From a virus (Duplodnaviria > Caudoviricetes): a stretch of 64,000 bases of DNA. The stretch is taken from positions 16,552 through 80,551 of the IMG/VR virus record IMGVR_UViG_3300025416_000002; one strand, 5' to 3'. The first letter of the stretch is position 1; the number at the start of each line of letters is the position of its first letter. Both the position numbers and the translations under genes were made by a program. The notes beneath the pieces were generated by a model. It worked only from the letters and a program-made list of their open reading frames with translations. It made no database searches and had not been told where the DNA came from. This document shows, piece by piece, positions 1 through 9,962 of the stretch.

Positions 1-13
1 TGACAAAGTTCTA

Positions 14-862
14 ATGCCACTCGTAACTACATTCGCAGACGATGCTATCCAAGCACTCGGCATGTTCTCATCTTCATTGACATCCCAAGTTGACTTTCTT
101 ATAGCAGGTGGAGGTGGTGCAGCAGGAGGTGGTACGGCACGTCGTGGTGGTGGCGGTGGTGCTGGCGACCTACGTTCGTCGGTGACCCTTTCCACCGCAG
201 GAGGCAGTTCCACGCCAACCCTTGATTCAGCACTAACGGGCATTGGCGTTGGCTCTACGCTCACTATTAGCGTCGGTGTTGCTGGCACATACGGCAACTC
301 AAGCGGCGGTAGTACCAATGGTGGAAACTCGGTATTGACTTTTGGGGCAACGACCATCACCTCTCTCGGCGGTGGTTACGGTGGTTACGGCACAACATCC
401 CCGACCGCAGGCAACAAGGGTGGTTCGGGTGGTGGTGGTGGTGGAAACTCCTCATCTGGCGGTGCTGCCTCTGGTGTGAACACCTTTGCCGGTGGTGCCG
501 CCAACGTGGCAGGAACCTCTGTAAATGGCGGTGGAGGTGGTGGCGCAGGCGGCGCAGGTGCTACGTCTCTAGCAGGCGGTTCAGGTGGTTTCGGTCTAAG
601 TAGTTCCATTACCGGAACTGCCACAACTTATTGCGTTGGTGGCGTTGGAACAGGAACAGCACAATCGGGGCGAACCTACGGATGGGGTGGCGACAGTGAG
701 GTTTCCAATGCAAACAACGGCGTGGTGATTATCCGTTGGCTAACTTCTGCCTATTCGGGAACCCCGACGTTTAGCGGTTTGACGCACGGCTCTATCAGCA
801 CAACTGGTTTGTATAGTTATGTTGTTATTACTGCCGGAACAAATGGAACAATGGTGTTCTAA
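14..862 (+). CDS. Glycine-rich virion/tail-associated protein
   Basis: Repeated GGGGGG/GGSGGGG tracts and a C-terminal GVVIIRW motif, typical of phage glycine-rich domain proteins; lies at the head of the structural module. Confidence 0.6.
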   Translation: MPLVTTFADDAIQALGMFSSSLTSQVDFLIAGGGGAAGGGTARRGGGGGAGDLRSSVTLSTAGGSSTPTLDSALTGIGVGSTLTISVGVAGTYGNSSGGSTNGGNSVLTFGATTITSLGGGYGGYGTTSPTAGNKGGSGGGGGGNSSSGGAASGVNTFAGGAANVAGTSVNGGGGGGAGGAGATSLAGGSGGFGLSSSITGTATTYCVGGVGTGTAQSGRTYGWGGDSEVSNANNGVVIIRWLTSAYSGTPTFSGLTHGSISTTGLYSYVVITAGTNGTMVF

Positions 863-1191
863 TGCTTGGCAATCGAGGATATTACAGCGCAAACGCCAAA
901 GTGTATGAAGGCTACCGTGGTATACGTAAGCTGCAATCTTATATATTAAACATCTTGTTGGTTGAATTTGGTAAAGTACAACCACTTATCAATGTTAATA
1001 ATTATGCATTAGATAACGATCAAAATCTTGATAATGCTGGCAACTTCACTGCGAATAATGACCAGCCAGGTCTTAATTGGATAGAACCAATAATTCCTGC
1101 TAGCGAAGGGTACACCGCAGAAGAAGTCCTGCAACCCAATGACTTTACAGAACCTGACTATCCATCAGGCGAAGATGTAGTACCCTCTTGA
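862..1191 (+). CDS. Hypothetical protein (acidic C-terminus)
   Basis: TAATG overlap with upstream gene; 109 aa ORF. Confidence 0.5.
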   Translation: MLGNRGYYSANAKVYEGYRGIRKLQSYILNILLVEFGKVQPLINVNNYALDNDQNLDNAGNFTANNDQPGLNWIEPIIPASEGYTAEEVLQPNDFTEPDYPSGEDVVPS

Positions 1192-1224
1192 TTTTGCTGT
1201 AGATAATAGACCAAAGGAGATATT

Positions 1225-1773
1225 ATGAACGACACACGTAATGCACAAGTAGCTTGGGCCGAATGGGGCGTAGCTAATCACCAGCACTTTAATTACTCAG
1301 AAGGTGCTGACCGCATGAACGCCATTGGTGTTTGGCCTCCCAAGTTTCCCATCAATACCGACTGCTCGGGTTCTTGCACCCTGTGGGCATTCCTTGCCAA
1401 TGGCGATGACCCAAACGGCCTTAACTTTGACCACGAAGGCTACACCGGCACATTCCTTAGCCACGAAGAGCACCTTGCTCTTTGGGTTAAGAATGCCAAG
1501 GGTGTTAACGTAGAAGACGTTCTCCCTGGTGATTATGTAGTTTATGGACCCGGAACGGGCACCCACGTAGCAATCATCGTGGAAGTCCACGGCAATGATA
1601 TCTTGACCGTTTCGCACGGCCAGCAAGGCGGCCCTGGCTATTGTTGGGTTAACGAGCCTAAGACAGTACCTTCGCGTGGCTACCCATTTGATGGCCGTAC
1701 GCCTCAGACATTCCTCCGCAACGTCACAGACACAACAAAGCCTGTTCGCACACCTGCAGATCTCCCGAAGTAG
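1225..1773 (+). CDS. NlpC/P60-family peptidoglycan endopeptidase (candidate endolysin)
   Basis: DCSG catalytic Cys motif, PGDYVVYG and THVAI catalytic His motif; GGAG RBS upstream. Confidence 0.8.
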   Translation: MNDTRNAQVAWAEWGVANHQHFNYSEGADRMNAIGVWPPKFPINTDCSGSCTLWAFLANGDDPNGLNFDHEGYTGTFLSHEEHLALWVKNAKGVNVEDVLPGDYVVYGPGTGTHVAIIVEVHGNDILTVSHGQQGGPGYCWVNEPKTVPSRGYPFDGRTPQTFLRNVTDTTKPVRTPADLPK

Positions 1774-1779
1774 GACTAA

Positions 1780-3270
1780 ATGGCACGTTATCGCCAAGAC
1801 TTTTTATCTGGTGTAGCAACCGTAACAACGACAACTGGACTAGTTCTTACTGGAACAGGATTCCCCAATGGGACGATTCCTGTTGGTAGTTACATGGCTA
1901 TCACCTTGAACCCAGGGTATTACGGTTCTACGAGCTCCCCTGAGATCCTTTACATTGGCAATGGGACTACATCAACTTCTGCAGTTGTTGCTGCCAGAGG
2001 TGTAGAGGGTACCACGGCCATTACTGGCACCAACATCCCATGGGTCGCTGGTCCAACCGTGTTTGACTTCGACATGACTAACCTCACCTCAACGGGTACT
2101 GTCACGGTTAACAATGGTTTGTCGGTAACTGGAGCGATCAATGCTACCGGTGGGATTAACTCGTCTTCATTGTCGAATGTATCAGCAGCTGGTACATCCC
2201 AGGGTACTGCAACTGCGATCACCACTCAGTACACGGTTGTTAGCGGTGGCACGAACTCACTTGGTAATGGATCCTCTGGTGCTGGTGTAGTTCTCCCATC
2301 GATCTCAACAACTGGCCAGAAAGCCACTATCGATAACTCAACCAACAACTGGCTTCTTATCTACCCAGCTACCGGTCAAAGCATTGATGCTGCGGGGACA
2401 AACGCTGCTGTATGGGTTACTCCGTCTGGTTACTGGCAGGGCTACGCTGAGACTTCTACGTCTTGGGCAACAGTTATCCCATCGCTTAACGCTGACTCAA
2501 CAGGCACAGTAAACGTTTCCTACGGCAATGGCCAGGTATCATTTGGTATTCCAACGTCTCTAAAAATTCCCGGCAATCTAACAGTAAGTGGTGGTACAAC
2601 AGTACTAGGATCTTTGGGTGTTGCAGGAAACTTCAATGCCAATGGTACTTCAGTCGTATTTCCCAGTGGATCACTGCAAGTTGCTGGAAGTATAACCACA
2701 AGTGGTACATTACAAGCCACCACAATTACGGGTACAACTGTAAATGTTGGTGGTAACTTAACAGTAAGTGGCGTGAGCATCACCGGTGTTCCTAGAGCTC
2801 GCATGAGTTCTACTGCTCAGACCACTATTGCCCCAAGCGGTTCATACACACAAGTTGCGAACATGCTCGCAAGTGCTTCGGGTGGTGTTACCTATGGTTT
2901 CTTAAGTGGTGGTTTTACTTTCTCTAGCAATGCTTTGGTTGTTCCTCTCACTGGTTACTACCAAATCAATGCTTCCGTTGGTTTTAGCAACGGTACTGGT
3001 GACCCAACCATTGCTGGTGTTTACGGCATCCAAGTAGACTATGCTGCATCGCCCAGCTATGTCGGAGCTTCTGCTTACCTGGTTAACGCATCTACTGCAG
3101 GAGCTTATGGTCAGGTACCAGAAACCATTGTTTGCTCTGACATTGTTTACTGTGTCGCTGGAACTACACTTACTCTGTTCGCATATTCCCCATCAACATT
3201 TAACCAGGGTGTTGGTGCCGTTGCTGGTCCACAGACTACATACTTATCAGTTTATTACATCGGTAGCTAA
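1780..3270 (+). CDS. Tail fibre-like protein with C-terminal beta-sandwich (C1q/TNF-like) tip
   Basis: Thr/Gly/Ser-rich shaft repeats (LTVSG, GNLTV); C-terminal ALVVPLTGYYQINASV...TYLSVYYIG resembles C1q-like fibre tips. Confidence 0.6.
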   Translation: MARYRQDFLSGVATVTTTTGLVLTGTGFPNGTIPVGSYMAITLNPGYYGSTSSPEILYIGNGTTSTSAVVAARGVEGTTAITGTNIPWVAGPTVFDFDMTNLTSTGTVTVNNGLSVTGAINATGGINSSSLSNVSAAGTSQGTATAITTQYTVVSGGTNSLGNGSSGAGVVLPSISTTGQKATIDNSTNNWLLIYPATGQSIDAAGTNAAVWVTPSGYWQGYAETSTSWATVIPSLNADSTGTVNVSYGNGQVSFGIPTSLKIPGNLTVSGGTTVLGSLGVAGNFNANGTSVVFPSGSLQVAGSITTSGTLQATTITGTTVNVGGNLTVSGVSITGVPRARMSSTAQTTIAPSGSYTQVANMLASASGGVTYGFLSGGFTFSSNALVVPLTGYYQINASVGFSNGTGDPTIAGVYGIQVDYAASPSYVGASAYLVNASTAGAYGQVPETIVCSDIVYCVAGTTLTLFAYSPSTFNQGVGAVAGPQTTYLSVYYIGS

Positions 3271-4133
3271 TGAGACAGCGCCCTATCCCACAATACGCTG
3301 CTGAGCCATTGGGTATCACCACGTACATTAGCGGTACTCAGTCAGATCCAGACAACCAATATGTGTGGTTGAACATTACAAATTCTGACAATGGTGCAGT
3401 AGTATTGGCATCAGGTCAAGCAACGTATGAAGGTACTGGTACATACCAGTACACAACCAATTCTAGCCAGACTGCAGTTCAAGGCAACTACGCAACTACT
3501 TGGAATTACACAATCAATGGCAGTCCAAGGACATACGTAGATAACTTCGTTGTAACTGACCAAATGCCTTATTGGAGCAATCTTAATACTGATCAGCGCC
3601 AATTGGTTACCGGCATTGTGCACCGACTTGACAAGAGTTTTGATTCCACTGCTGGTGGACCATACCTGCAAGAACTCAACCAGAGCGGATTCCTCATGTA
3701 CGAAGAAGTCGCAATGGTTATGCAGGATGAAACCATGGACTACATTAATTTTGAGTTCCAGCCAATCTTTAGCCCGGCTTATCAAGTTGGTTTGAACGCA
3801 ACAGTGCCATTCCCAACTACCTACTACGGTGTATTAGCTACTCAGACGTACGCGCACTTTCTGAAGCATATCGCTCGCAACTACATTGAACAACCCACGC
3901 CAAATGGTATGAGTGCTGCTTGGATGGACCGCAGAGACTATTACAACAGATGGTGGCAGCTATATCTATTCGACAAAGAGATTGCCGACAAGCAACTCCG
4001 TCAGATGAAACGTCAATACATGGTTGGTTCCAAGAGATCCCTTTTGGTTGCTGGTGGTCTTATTCCGCGTATGTTCACCAACCCTGCACGTCCTCACTTC
4101 CAGTACGCTGCCGTAAACATGGGTGGAGTCTAG
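3270..4133 (+). CDS. Putative head-to-tail adaptor (Ig-like N-terminus)
   Basis: Position upstream of neck/sheath genes; N-terminal beta-rich GTYQY..YATTWNY segment followed by a helical domain. Confidence 0.5.
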   Translation: MRQRPIPQYAAEPLGITTYISGTQSDPDNQYVWLNITNSDNGAVVLASGQATYEGTGTYQYTTNSSQTAVQGNYATTWNYTINGSPRTYVDNFVVTDQMPYWSNLNTDQRQLVTGIVHRLDKSFDSTAGGPYLQELNQSGFLMYEEVAMVMQDETMDYINFEFQPIFSPAYQVGLNATVPFPTTYYGVLATQTYAHFLKHIARNYIEQPTPNGMSAAWMDRRDYYNRWWQLYLFDKEIADKQLRQMKRQYMVGSKRSLLVAGGLIPRMFTNPARPHFQYAAVNMGGV

Positions 4134-4821
4134 TGTGTCAGGAATTAATCCACAGCCAGGCCCGGTAATCCCTGGGGCTAACGGACTATCGACTCAACTT
4201 GAAAGTCCTTTGCTTGTTGTTAAGCAAAAAGAAATCTGGGCACAGACAGATCAGCAAAGATTCCACGATGAAACCCTCCAGTGGTATGGTGAAGAGTGCA
4301 TTGTGCGTCAGCTTTGGCGTGCAGAAGACCAGGTAAATGGCCTTGTCAGCTATTGCATAACATGCCAGGACAGCCCTAACCCATCTAGCCCAGACTCTGC
4401 TATCCAGAATCGTGTTAGCCAGGTATACCGTCAGACTGGCAACAGCTACTGCCCAGACTGCTACGGAACTACATTCAGTGGTGGCTTCAAGACTACATGC
4501 TACCACCTTTACATGCTGGCAGCGGATACACCTCAGGTGCGTTCTAACTTATCTACAGGTCAATTCTGGAAGAACAACCCCCAGGTTCAGTTCAGCTGGT
4601 ATCCCGAGATCCGCGTAGGTGACCTCGTTATACGTGTCAATCAATGGAACAATGGGGTGCCGACTTCTTTGGGTGAACGCTTTACGGTCAGCACAGTACA
4701 ACCACAATCGATTCGTACTGGCCCTGGAGTTAGCTACAACACCACAATCTACGTTAATCAGACCACAACTCTTGAGAACGTACCGCCAAGTCACCCCTAC
4801 TACAACGTGCCGGTAATATGA
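4123..4821 (+). CDS. Putative head closure/neck protein with two CxxC pairs
   Basis: CITC and CPDCYGT motifs, GDLVIRV...GERFTV; neck position in the myophage gene order. Confidence 0.5.
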   Translation: MESSVSGINPQPGPVIPGANGLSTQLESPLLVVKQKEIWAQTDQQRFHDETLQWYGEECIVRQLWRAEDQVNGLVSYCITCQDSPNPSSPDSAIQNRVSQVYRQTGNSYCPDCYGTTFSGGFKTTCYHLYMLAADTPQVRSNLSTGQFWKNNPQVQFSWYPEIRVGDLVIRVNQWNNGVPTSLGERFTVSTVQPQSIRTGPGVSYNTTIYVNQTTTLENVPPSHPYYNVPVI

Positions 4822-5345
4822 GCGAAGACGAGATGATACCTGTACCAGAGGTGCTTACTCAGCAGATCTCTAGAAGAGCCGTAGAAATCGCCAGAATTAT
4901 TGGTCCTCGCAAATCTGGTAAGGGTCTTATTTCTCTTGAACCCATGTGGGATGAAGGCGTCATTGGTATTAAGACCTCTGACGACACAGAGTACATGCTT
5001 GACTTGGATAAGGGTATTGAAGAGCACCCAATGACAGGTCTTGCAAACCGGACAATTCCTGTACGTAGCCCCGGTGGTTCGCTGTATTTCCGTAACGCTA
5101 GTAGCAAAAACATTGGCCAAGTCCCCATTGTGATCAGGTCAGCAAAGAGTGGCAAGATCTATACGGGTAAGCCAGAGTGGATGTACCCAGCAAGACCAGG
5201 TCTTAACTACTTACAACGTTCATTGCAAATGAGCGTAGACGAATGGTGCCGTACAGCAAAAACAAAGAATGTAGTGGATATGATGCTTCAAACCAAATTA
5301 AGAAGCGATGTCAGCATGTTCATCTACGGTAGAGAGATGCCATAA
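4818..5345 (+). CDS. Putative neck/tail completion protein
   Basis: Synteny; basic HK97-gp10-like character (MYPARPGLNYLQRSL). Confidence 0.4.
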   Translation: MSEDEMIPVPEVLTQQISRRAVEIARIIGPRKSGKGLISLEPMWDEGVIGIKTSDDTEYMLDLDKGIEEHPMTGLANRTIPVRSPGGSLYFRNASSKNIGQVPIVIRSAKSGKIYTGKPEWMYPARPGLNYLQRSLQMSVDEWCRTAKTKNVVDMMLQTKLRSDVSMFIYGREMP

Positions 5346-6022
5346 TGTTTACAACAGCCGTAAAAACTGCCATAGTTGAAGCACTTAACGCGGGGTTTAG
5401 CACGCTCGCTAGCGCACCATCTGACAATAGCTTAGACTTAACTCCGAATAGTATAACTATCGAGTATCCGCTAGAGTTAGTAGCTTGGCCAACAATCCTT
5501 GTGCATTTTAGACCAAGCAAGGTCCAATGGTCGGGTCTTTTCCCTGATACTCACACAGTTTCTAACGGTGGGATCACGATCAGTGGGACTACATACTCTG
5601 GCTCGGTAATCTCCAGGAATGGCTATTTCGAAGGTAGCATTGACCTCCAAATCATGGCAATGCATTCAGAAGAACGTGACCGTCTTTACGATAGCGTAGC
5701 CAACCTCATCCTTATGGGACAAGGAAGCGAAGCTAGTGCTGCCTTCTACAGCAGCATCTTCAATAACTCCCTGGTCGGAATGACCCTACTTCCTAGCACC
5801 TACACTAATTTGGGTGATAGCATTAGCTCAGGGACACCTTGGAGCCCAGAAGAACTAACTTATGAAGCCAGCATCCGCATCCAGTGCATTGGTGACTTCT
5901 ACGAGACCAAGTACAACTACGTTACGCCGAGCATTACGACAATCCGTGCAAGTGGAACGCCGTACTACCCAGCCGTTTCATTGCTTTACCAACCAGGCAG
6001 CCCTTGGTATCCGTTGCCTTAA
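5345..6022 (+). CDS. Putative tail terminator/completion protein
   Basis: Immediately precedes the sheath; WPTILV and IDLQIMAMHSEERDRLYD pattern. Confidence 0.5.
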   Translation: MFTTAVKTAIVEALNAGFSTLASAPSDNSLDLTPNSITIEYPLELVAWPTILVHFRPSKVQWSGLFPDTHTVSNGGITISGTTYSGSVISRNGYFEGSIDLQIMAMHSEERDRLYDSVANLILMGQGSEASAAFYSSIFNNSLVGMTLLPSTYTNLGDSISSGTPWSPEELTYEASIRIQCIGDFYETKYNYVTPSITTIRASGTPYYPAVSLLYQPGSPWYPLP

Positions 6023-6087
6023 GAAATCTATCAAAAGAAGTATTGTAAAACTACGCAGATTCTGCACAAGACCGTGAAGGAGATTGT

Positions 6088-7896
6088 ATGCCTATTTCCA
6101 ATTATATTACGCCGGGTGTATATGTAACCCAGTCGGGTACATCGCTAACAACCATTAATAACAACACGATCAACATCGCCATTGTTGCCGACCAGGTAAC
6201 TCCTGGCTCTACAACCGATGTGTTCTCTAGCGTAGTTGCAGCCTCTGGTATCACCATTGGTCAGCTCACTACGCCGATGGTTAACAACAGCTACACAGGC
6301 GCTTACACCAGCTATTCTGGCTACACCGTAACTTGGACCAACAGCCTTGGTGCCACCGTTACCGGTACTTACGGAACCAACTTCACGATCACAAACCCCA
6401 GCGGTTCACCATTCAGCTTCCTTACAACTAGCGGTACTTCTGCTGCTATTAACCAGGTAACTGCAACTGGTAATGGTACAACTTGGTCATTCACCACACC
6501 AACAACCAACGGCATTGTTGCTGGTTCCTTGGTAACTCTTACGAACTTTACGGGTACGGTAAGTGGTTTCAACGGTACGTATACCGTTGCCAGCTCGACC
6601 TGCACCAACGCCCTTGTACCTTCTGGCAACACGTTCACAATCATTAACTCGACTTTGGCTGGTATTGGTTCAACTACTGTTACCGGTACTGCTACTCAAA
6701 ACGTAGTTCCTTCAGGAACCGTCGGCATTACCTACGGTCACAACTGGGGTGCTTACGGCACTTACTCAAGCTACACACAGCTTTCTAACCAAATTGGTGT
6801 TGGTGTAAGCGGTACAAGCATTATCAACCCTGCTTCACTCGCTGCTCAGCTTGCTTTCCAGAATGGTGCAAGCACAGTTACTGTTGTTCCTGTAGCACGC
6901 GTCTCGAGCTCAGGTAACTCTCCTGCTGTCGCATCCGACTGGATCCGCACCTTCACTGCTTCCAGCGGTACGCCAAGTGACCCAACCTACTTGATGAACG
7001 CTTACGGTGTTGACGTTGTAGTCCCACTGTACGGCTTTGTTAACGTGGGTGGTGCCAGCAATGGTCAGATCATCACTTACGGTGCAGTTACCGTTGCAAG
7101 CGGAGTTAACTCGTACTTGAACAACCAGAACACCTACGGAAACCTGCAAAGAGCTTTCCTCGGTGTAGACGGAACTGCTAACCAAGTAACAGCTGTTCAG
7201 ATGCAGACATTCGCTACTGCTCTCAACAGCACGCGCATTACGTTGAACTACCCAACGGTTGTTAACTACAACCCTGGTTTCAACCCAACAACTGGTCTTA
7301 GCACTGCTAGCTTCAATATCCCTGGTTACTACGTAGCCGCAGCCTTGGCTGGTCTGTACGCAGGTCAACCTACTGTAGCTACTCCAATCACCAACAAGAT
7401 CCTGAATGGTTTCAACAGCATTCCTAACCAGATCAGTGATGTTGACGCTGCTACGAACTACCTGCCATACGGTATTACAACCGTTCGACAGAAGCGTGAT
7501 GGTAACTTCTGGGTCTACCAGGGCTTGACCACCAACACTACTTCTTGGGTAACCCAGGAAATTTCGATCAACGCAATTGGTGACCAGCTCGCAAAGAACG
7601 TTAAGACCGACCTGGTTAACAGCCAGCTCGTCGGTGGTCCTTTAACCAACGTAACTTCAGCTGCTGTGCTCGGTACTGTACAAGCTACGCTAACCAACGC
7701 TCTGTCAAAGGGTCTCATCCAGTCATACCAGAACTTGGCGTTGTCGCTGAACCCTGCAACGCCAACAACTGTTAATGTCACATTCCAATACGCTCCGACG
7801 TATCCGATCAACTACATCCAAGCTAGCTTGAGCCTCAACACTCAAACTGGTGTTGTGGTTACTCAGAATACTCAGAGCAACTTCGTAGTCTACTAG
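6088..7896 (+). CDS. Contractile tail sheath protein
   Basis: N-terminal YITPGVYV motif; C-terminal sheath core (VAAALAG, TVNVTFQYAPTYPINYI); 602 aa. Confidence 0.9.
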   Translation: MPISNYITPGVYVTQSGTSLTTINNNTINIAIVADQVTPGSTTDVFSSVVAASGITIGQLTTPMVNNSYTGAYTSYSGYTVTWTNSLGATVTGTYGTNFTITNPSGSPFSFLTTSGTSAAINQVTATGNGTTWSFTTPTTNGIVAGSLVTLTNFTGTVSGFNGTYTVASSTCTNALVPSGNTFTIINSTLAGIGSTTVTGTATQNVVPSGTVGITYGHNWGAYGTYSSYTQLSNQIGVGVSGTSIINPASLAAQLAFQNGASTVTVVPVARVSSSGNSPAVASDWIRTFTASSGTPSDPTYLMNAYGVDVVVPLYGFVNVGGASNGQIITYGAVTVASGVNSYLNNQNTYGNLQRAFLGVDGTANQVTAVQMQTFATALNSTRITLNYPTVVNYNPGFNPTTGLSTASFNIPGYYVAAALAGLYAGQPTVATPITNKILNGFNSIPNQISDVDAATNYLPYGITTVRQKRDGNFWVYQGLTTNTTSWVTQEISINAIGDQLAKNVKTDLVNSQLVGGPLTNVTSAAVLGTVQATLTNALSKGLIQSYQNLALSLNPATPTTVNVTFQYAPTYPINYIQASLSLNTQTGVVVTQNTQSNFVVY

Positions 7897-7904
7897 GAGA
7901 TATA

Positions 7905-8378
7905 ATGGCACAGTCCACATTCCGTGTAGGTGGAGGATATACAGCGTTCGTATACAACGGTCAGCCGTTGATTTACGCTCAGGTAATTAACGAGCGCGCT
8001 CCTCAACCTGTCAACACACCACAGCCTATTCAACCGCTAGACTCTCCATACCCGATCGAGATCGCATTGCCCATTGCTCTGAATGCTGGAGCCTTGGAAC
8101 TTACCTTCCTTGAACAGTGGAATGCAGAAGTCTGGGCACAGTTGGGAAGCAACTTCGCTACTGCGAGTGACCTCCTCGACGTTTTCAAGGCCCAGCTGGC
8201 ACAAGGTGCAGTAACCTGCGTGAAGGTTATTAACAAGCCAGACGGTACTCAACGTAAGATTGTGTACCAGGGATGCGTTGTCACCAACGTTACGATTGAC
8301 GAAATGATCGCAATCGGATCGATGACTATTCCAAAGATTATCACAATCACGTATCTGTCAAGAAAAGAACTGCTGTAA
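7905..8378 (+). CDS. Tail tube protein
   Basis: 157 aa directly after the sheath; RKIVYQGCVVTNVTIDE beta-rich tube-like pattern. Confidence 0.75.
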   Translation: MAQSTFRVGGGYTAFVYNGQPLIYAQVINERAPQPVNTPQPIQPLDSPYPIEIALPIALNAGALELTFLEQWNAEVWAQLGSNFATASDLLDVFKAQLAQGAVTCVKVINKPDGTQRKIVYQGCVVTNVTIDEMIAIGSMTIPKIITITYLSRKELL

Positions 8379-8394
8379 GAAAGGTATACTTAAA

Positions 8395-9393
8395 ATGTCT
8401 GCACGTTCATTTGTTATTCAACTCCAGCCAGGAATTGGCCAAGGTCTTCTCCCTGACCACCGCAAGATGCTTCCTGGTGTCCAATACGTAGTCGACGCTG
8501 AGACGTTCTCGCGCATCTCTTTGGGTGCTCGTCAGAACGTTATCACCGTTGTAAGCGTTAACCTCGACACGCCAAGCTCGACATCACTGGCTTCTGCAAG
8601 CGGAACCTACGTTCCTGCTCAGGCTTCCTCTGGTATCAATGCTCAGGCATTCGGTGCTGGCAACTCGCCTCTTAACCTGCTTACTCAGGTTAGCCCAACC
8701 GCATCCTCGTTCAGCCTTGCTGGATTTGCTGCTCAGGGTTGGAGCGCCGGTGGTGAAACTGGTACCAACACTGGTATCGGTCAGCCACAGAATGCTCTTA
8801 GCGGTTCAGCTGTTAACGTATCGTTGACTGGCCCCGAGGGTAACCGTTACGTACTTGCATACAACGGTACTTCTTCGACCATTTCCGGTGGTTGGGCTAC
8901 CGTATGGTACGACTACAACAACCGTTACATCTCAACTGCTTCTGGTGTTAACCTCCTGGTTAAGACGGACGCATTGGGCACTTCTTACGCTGTTGGCGCG
9001 AACACAACAATTAGCGGTGTAACCACTATTGGTACTAAGCAGGGTGAGTTCGCTGGTGTTACATTGACGAACATCCCCGCCGGTAACTTCGGTTTCGTTC
9101 AGATCGAAGGTACTTGCCCATTCGTTGCTGTCGCTGCCGGTACTGCAGTTGGTGCTGTGGTCGCCGTTAGTGGTTCAAGCAACGCCGGTTACTTGGCTCC
9201 TCCTGCCTCCACCTCTGCTTCCGTAACAAGCCTTGGTGTTGTAACTGGTACAGCTCTTGCCAATAACACTGTGGGTACGGTTCTTACCGCTCCTGCATCA
9301 GGTACTACGACCAACAACCAGTACTTCTCTGTAGTTGAGCTTCGTAGCCGTCGTTCCAAGAAGCCATACAACCGCTTCCTGAACAAGAACTAG
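8395..9393 (+). CDS. Virion structural protein with C-terminal cement/decoration-like domain
   Basis: Between tube and chaperone; AGVTLTNIPAGNFGFVQIEG...GAVVAVSG resembles beta-tulip cement proteins. Confidence 0.45.
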   Translation: MSARSFVIQLQPGIGQGLLPDHRKMLPGVQYVVDAETFSRISLGARQNVITVVSVNLDTPSSTSLASASGTYVPAQASSGINAQAFGAGNSPLNLLTQVSPTASSFSLAGFAAQGWSAGGETGTNTGIGQPQNALSGSAVNVSLTGPEGNRYVLAYNGTSSTISGGWATVWYDYNNRYISTASGVNLLVKTDALGTSYAVGANTTISGVTTIGTKQGEFAGVTLTNIPAGNFGFVQIEGTCPFVAVAAGTAVGAVVAVSGSSNAGYLAPPASTSASVTSLGVVTGTALANNTVGTVLTAPASGTTTNNQYFSVVELRSRRSKKPYNRFLNKN

Positions 9394-9437
9394 TTAAATT
9401 AACTGGTAGGCCGTAAGGCCCTAGACCCAAAGGTAAC

Positions 9438-9962
9438 ATGACAACAGACAACAAGAACGGATGGGGGATTGAAGACCTCTCCCAGACCGTAAGTAAGGGG
9501 ATCGATTCATTCCCGAACGAATGGAAAGACGAGTTCGAAGGCTTGCTGTTCCTTGGCAAGTTGGAGAATGAAGTCACAAGAATTCCTTACCACAAGTTCG
9601 TGGTAAGGACATTAACAATCAATGAGAAGTTGGAAGTCAGTCTGCTGGCTAAGCCATTCATTGAAACGATCGGTTACGGTCGTGCTTACAAGGCATCTAT
9701 CGTAGCAGCCGGTCTTGTAAGCGTGGATGGTCGAGACATGGTCCCACTGAGTAAGGGACTGAATGTCATTCGGCAGAAGTATGAGTACATCGTTAACAAC
9801 TGGTATGACACAGTGATCGATATTCTTTACGAAGAGATCGATAAGCTGGAAAACAGAGTTATCTTTGTGCTCCAAGAGTTGGGTATTATTGAGCCTCTCC
9901 TTCCTCAAGGAATCTTTGAGCAGACAGAAGAGGAAAAGGATACCCCAAAAGATGGAAAGTAG
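9438..9962 (+). CDS. Tail assembly chaperone (short form)
   Basis: Upstream of the tape measure; ends just after an in-frame C-CCA-AAA slippery heptamer. Confidence 0.8.
   Translation: MTTDNKNGWGIEDLSQTVSKGIDSFPNEWKDEFEGLLFLGKLENEVTRIPYHKFVVRTLTINEKLEVSLLAKPFIETIGYGRAYKASIVAAGLVSVDGRDMVPLSKGLNVIRQKYEYIVNNWYDTVIDILYEEIDKLENRVIFVLQELGIIEPLLPQGIFEQTEEEKDTPKDGK

Noticed and set aside
9409-9420. GGCC-GTAA-GGCC hairpin before the chaperone gene as a terminator
   Set aside because: Only 4 bp and no U-tract; too weak to call
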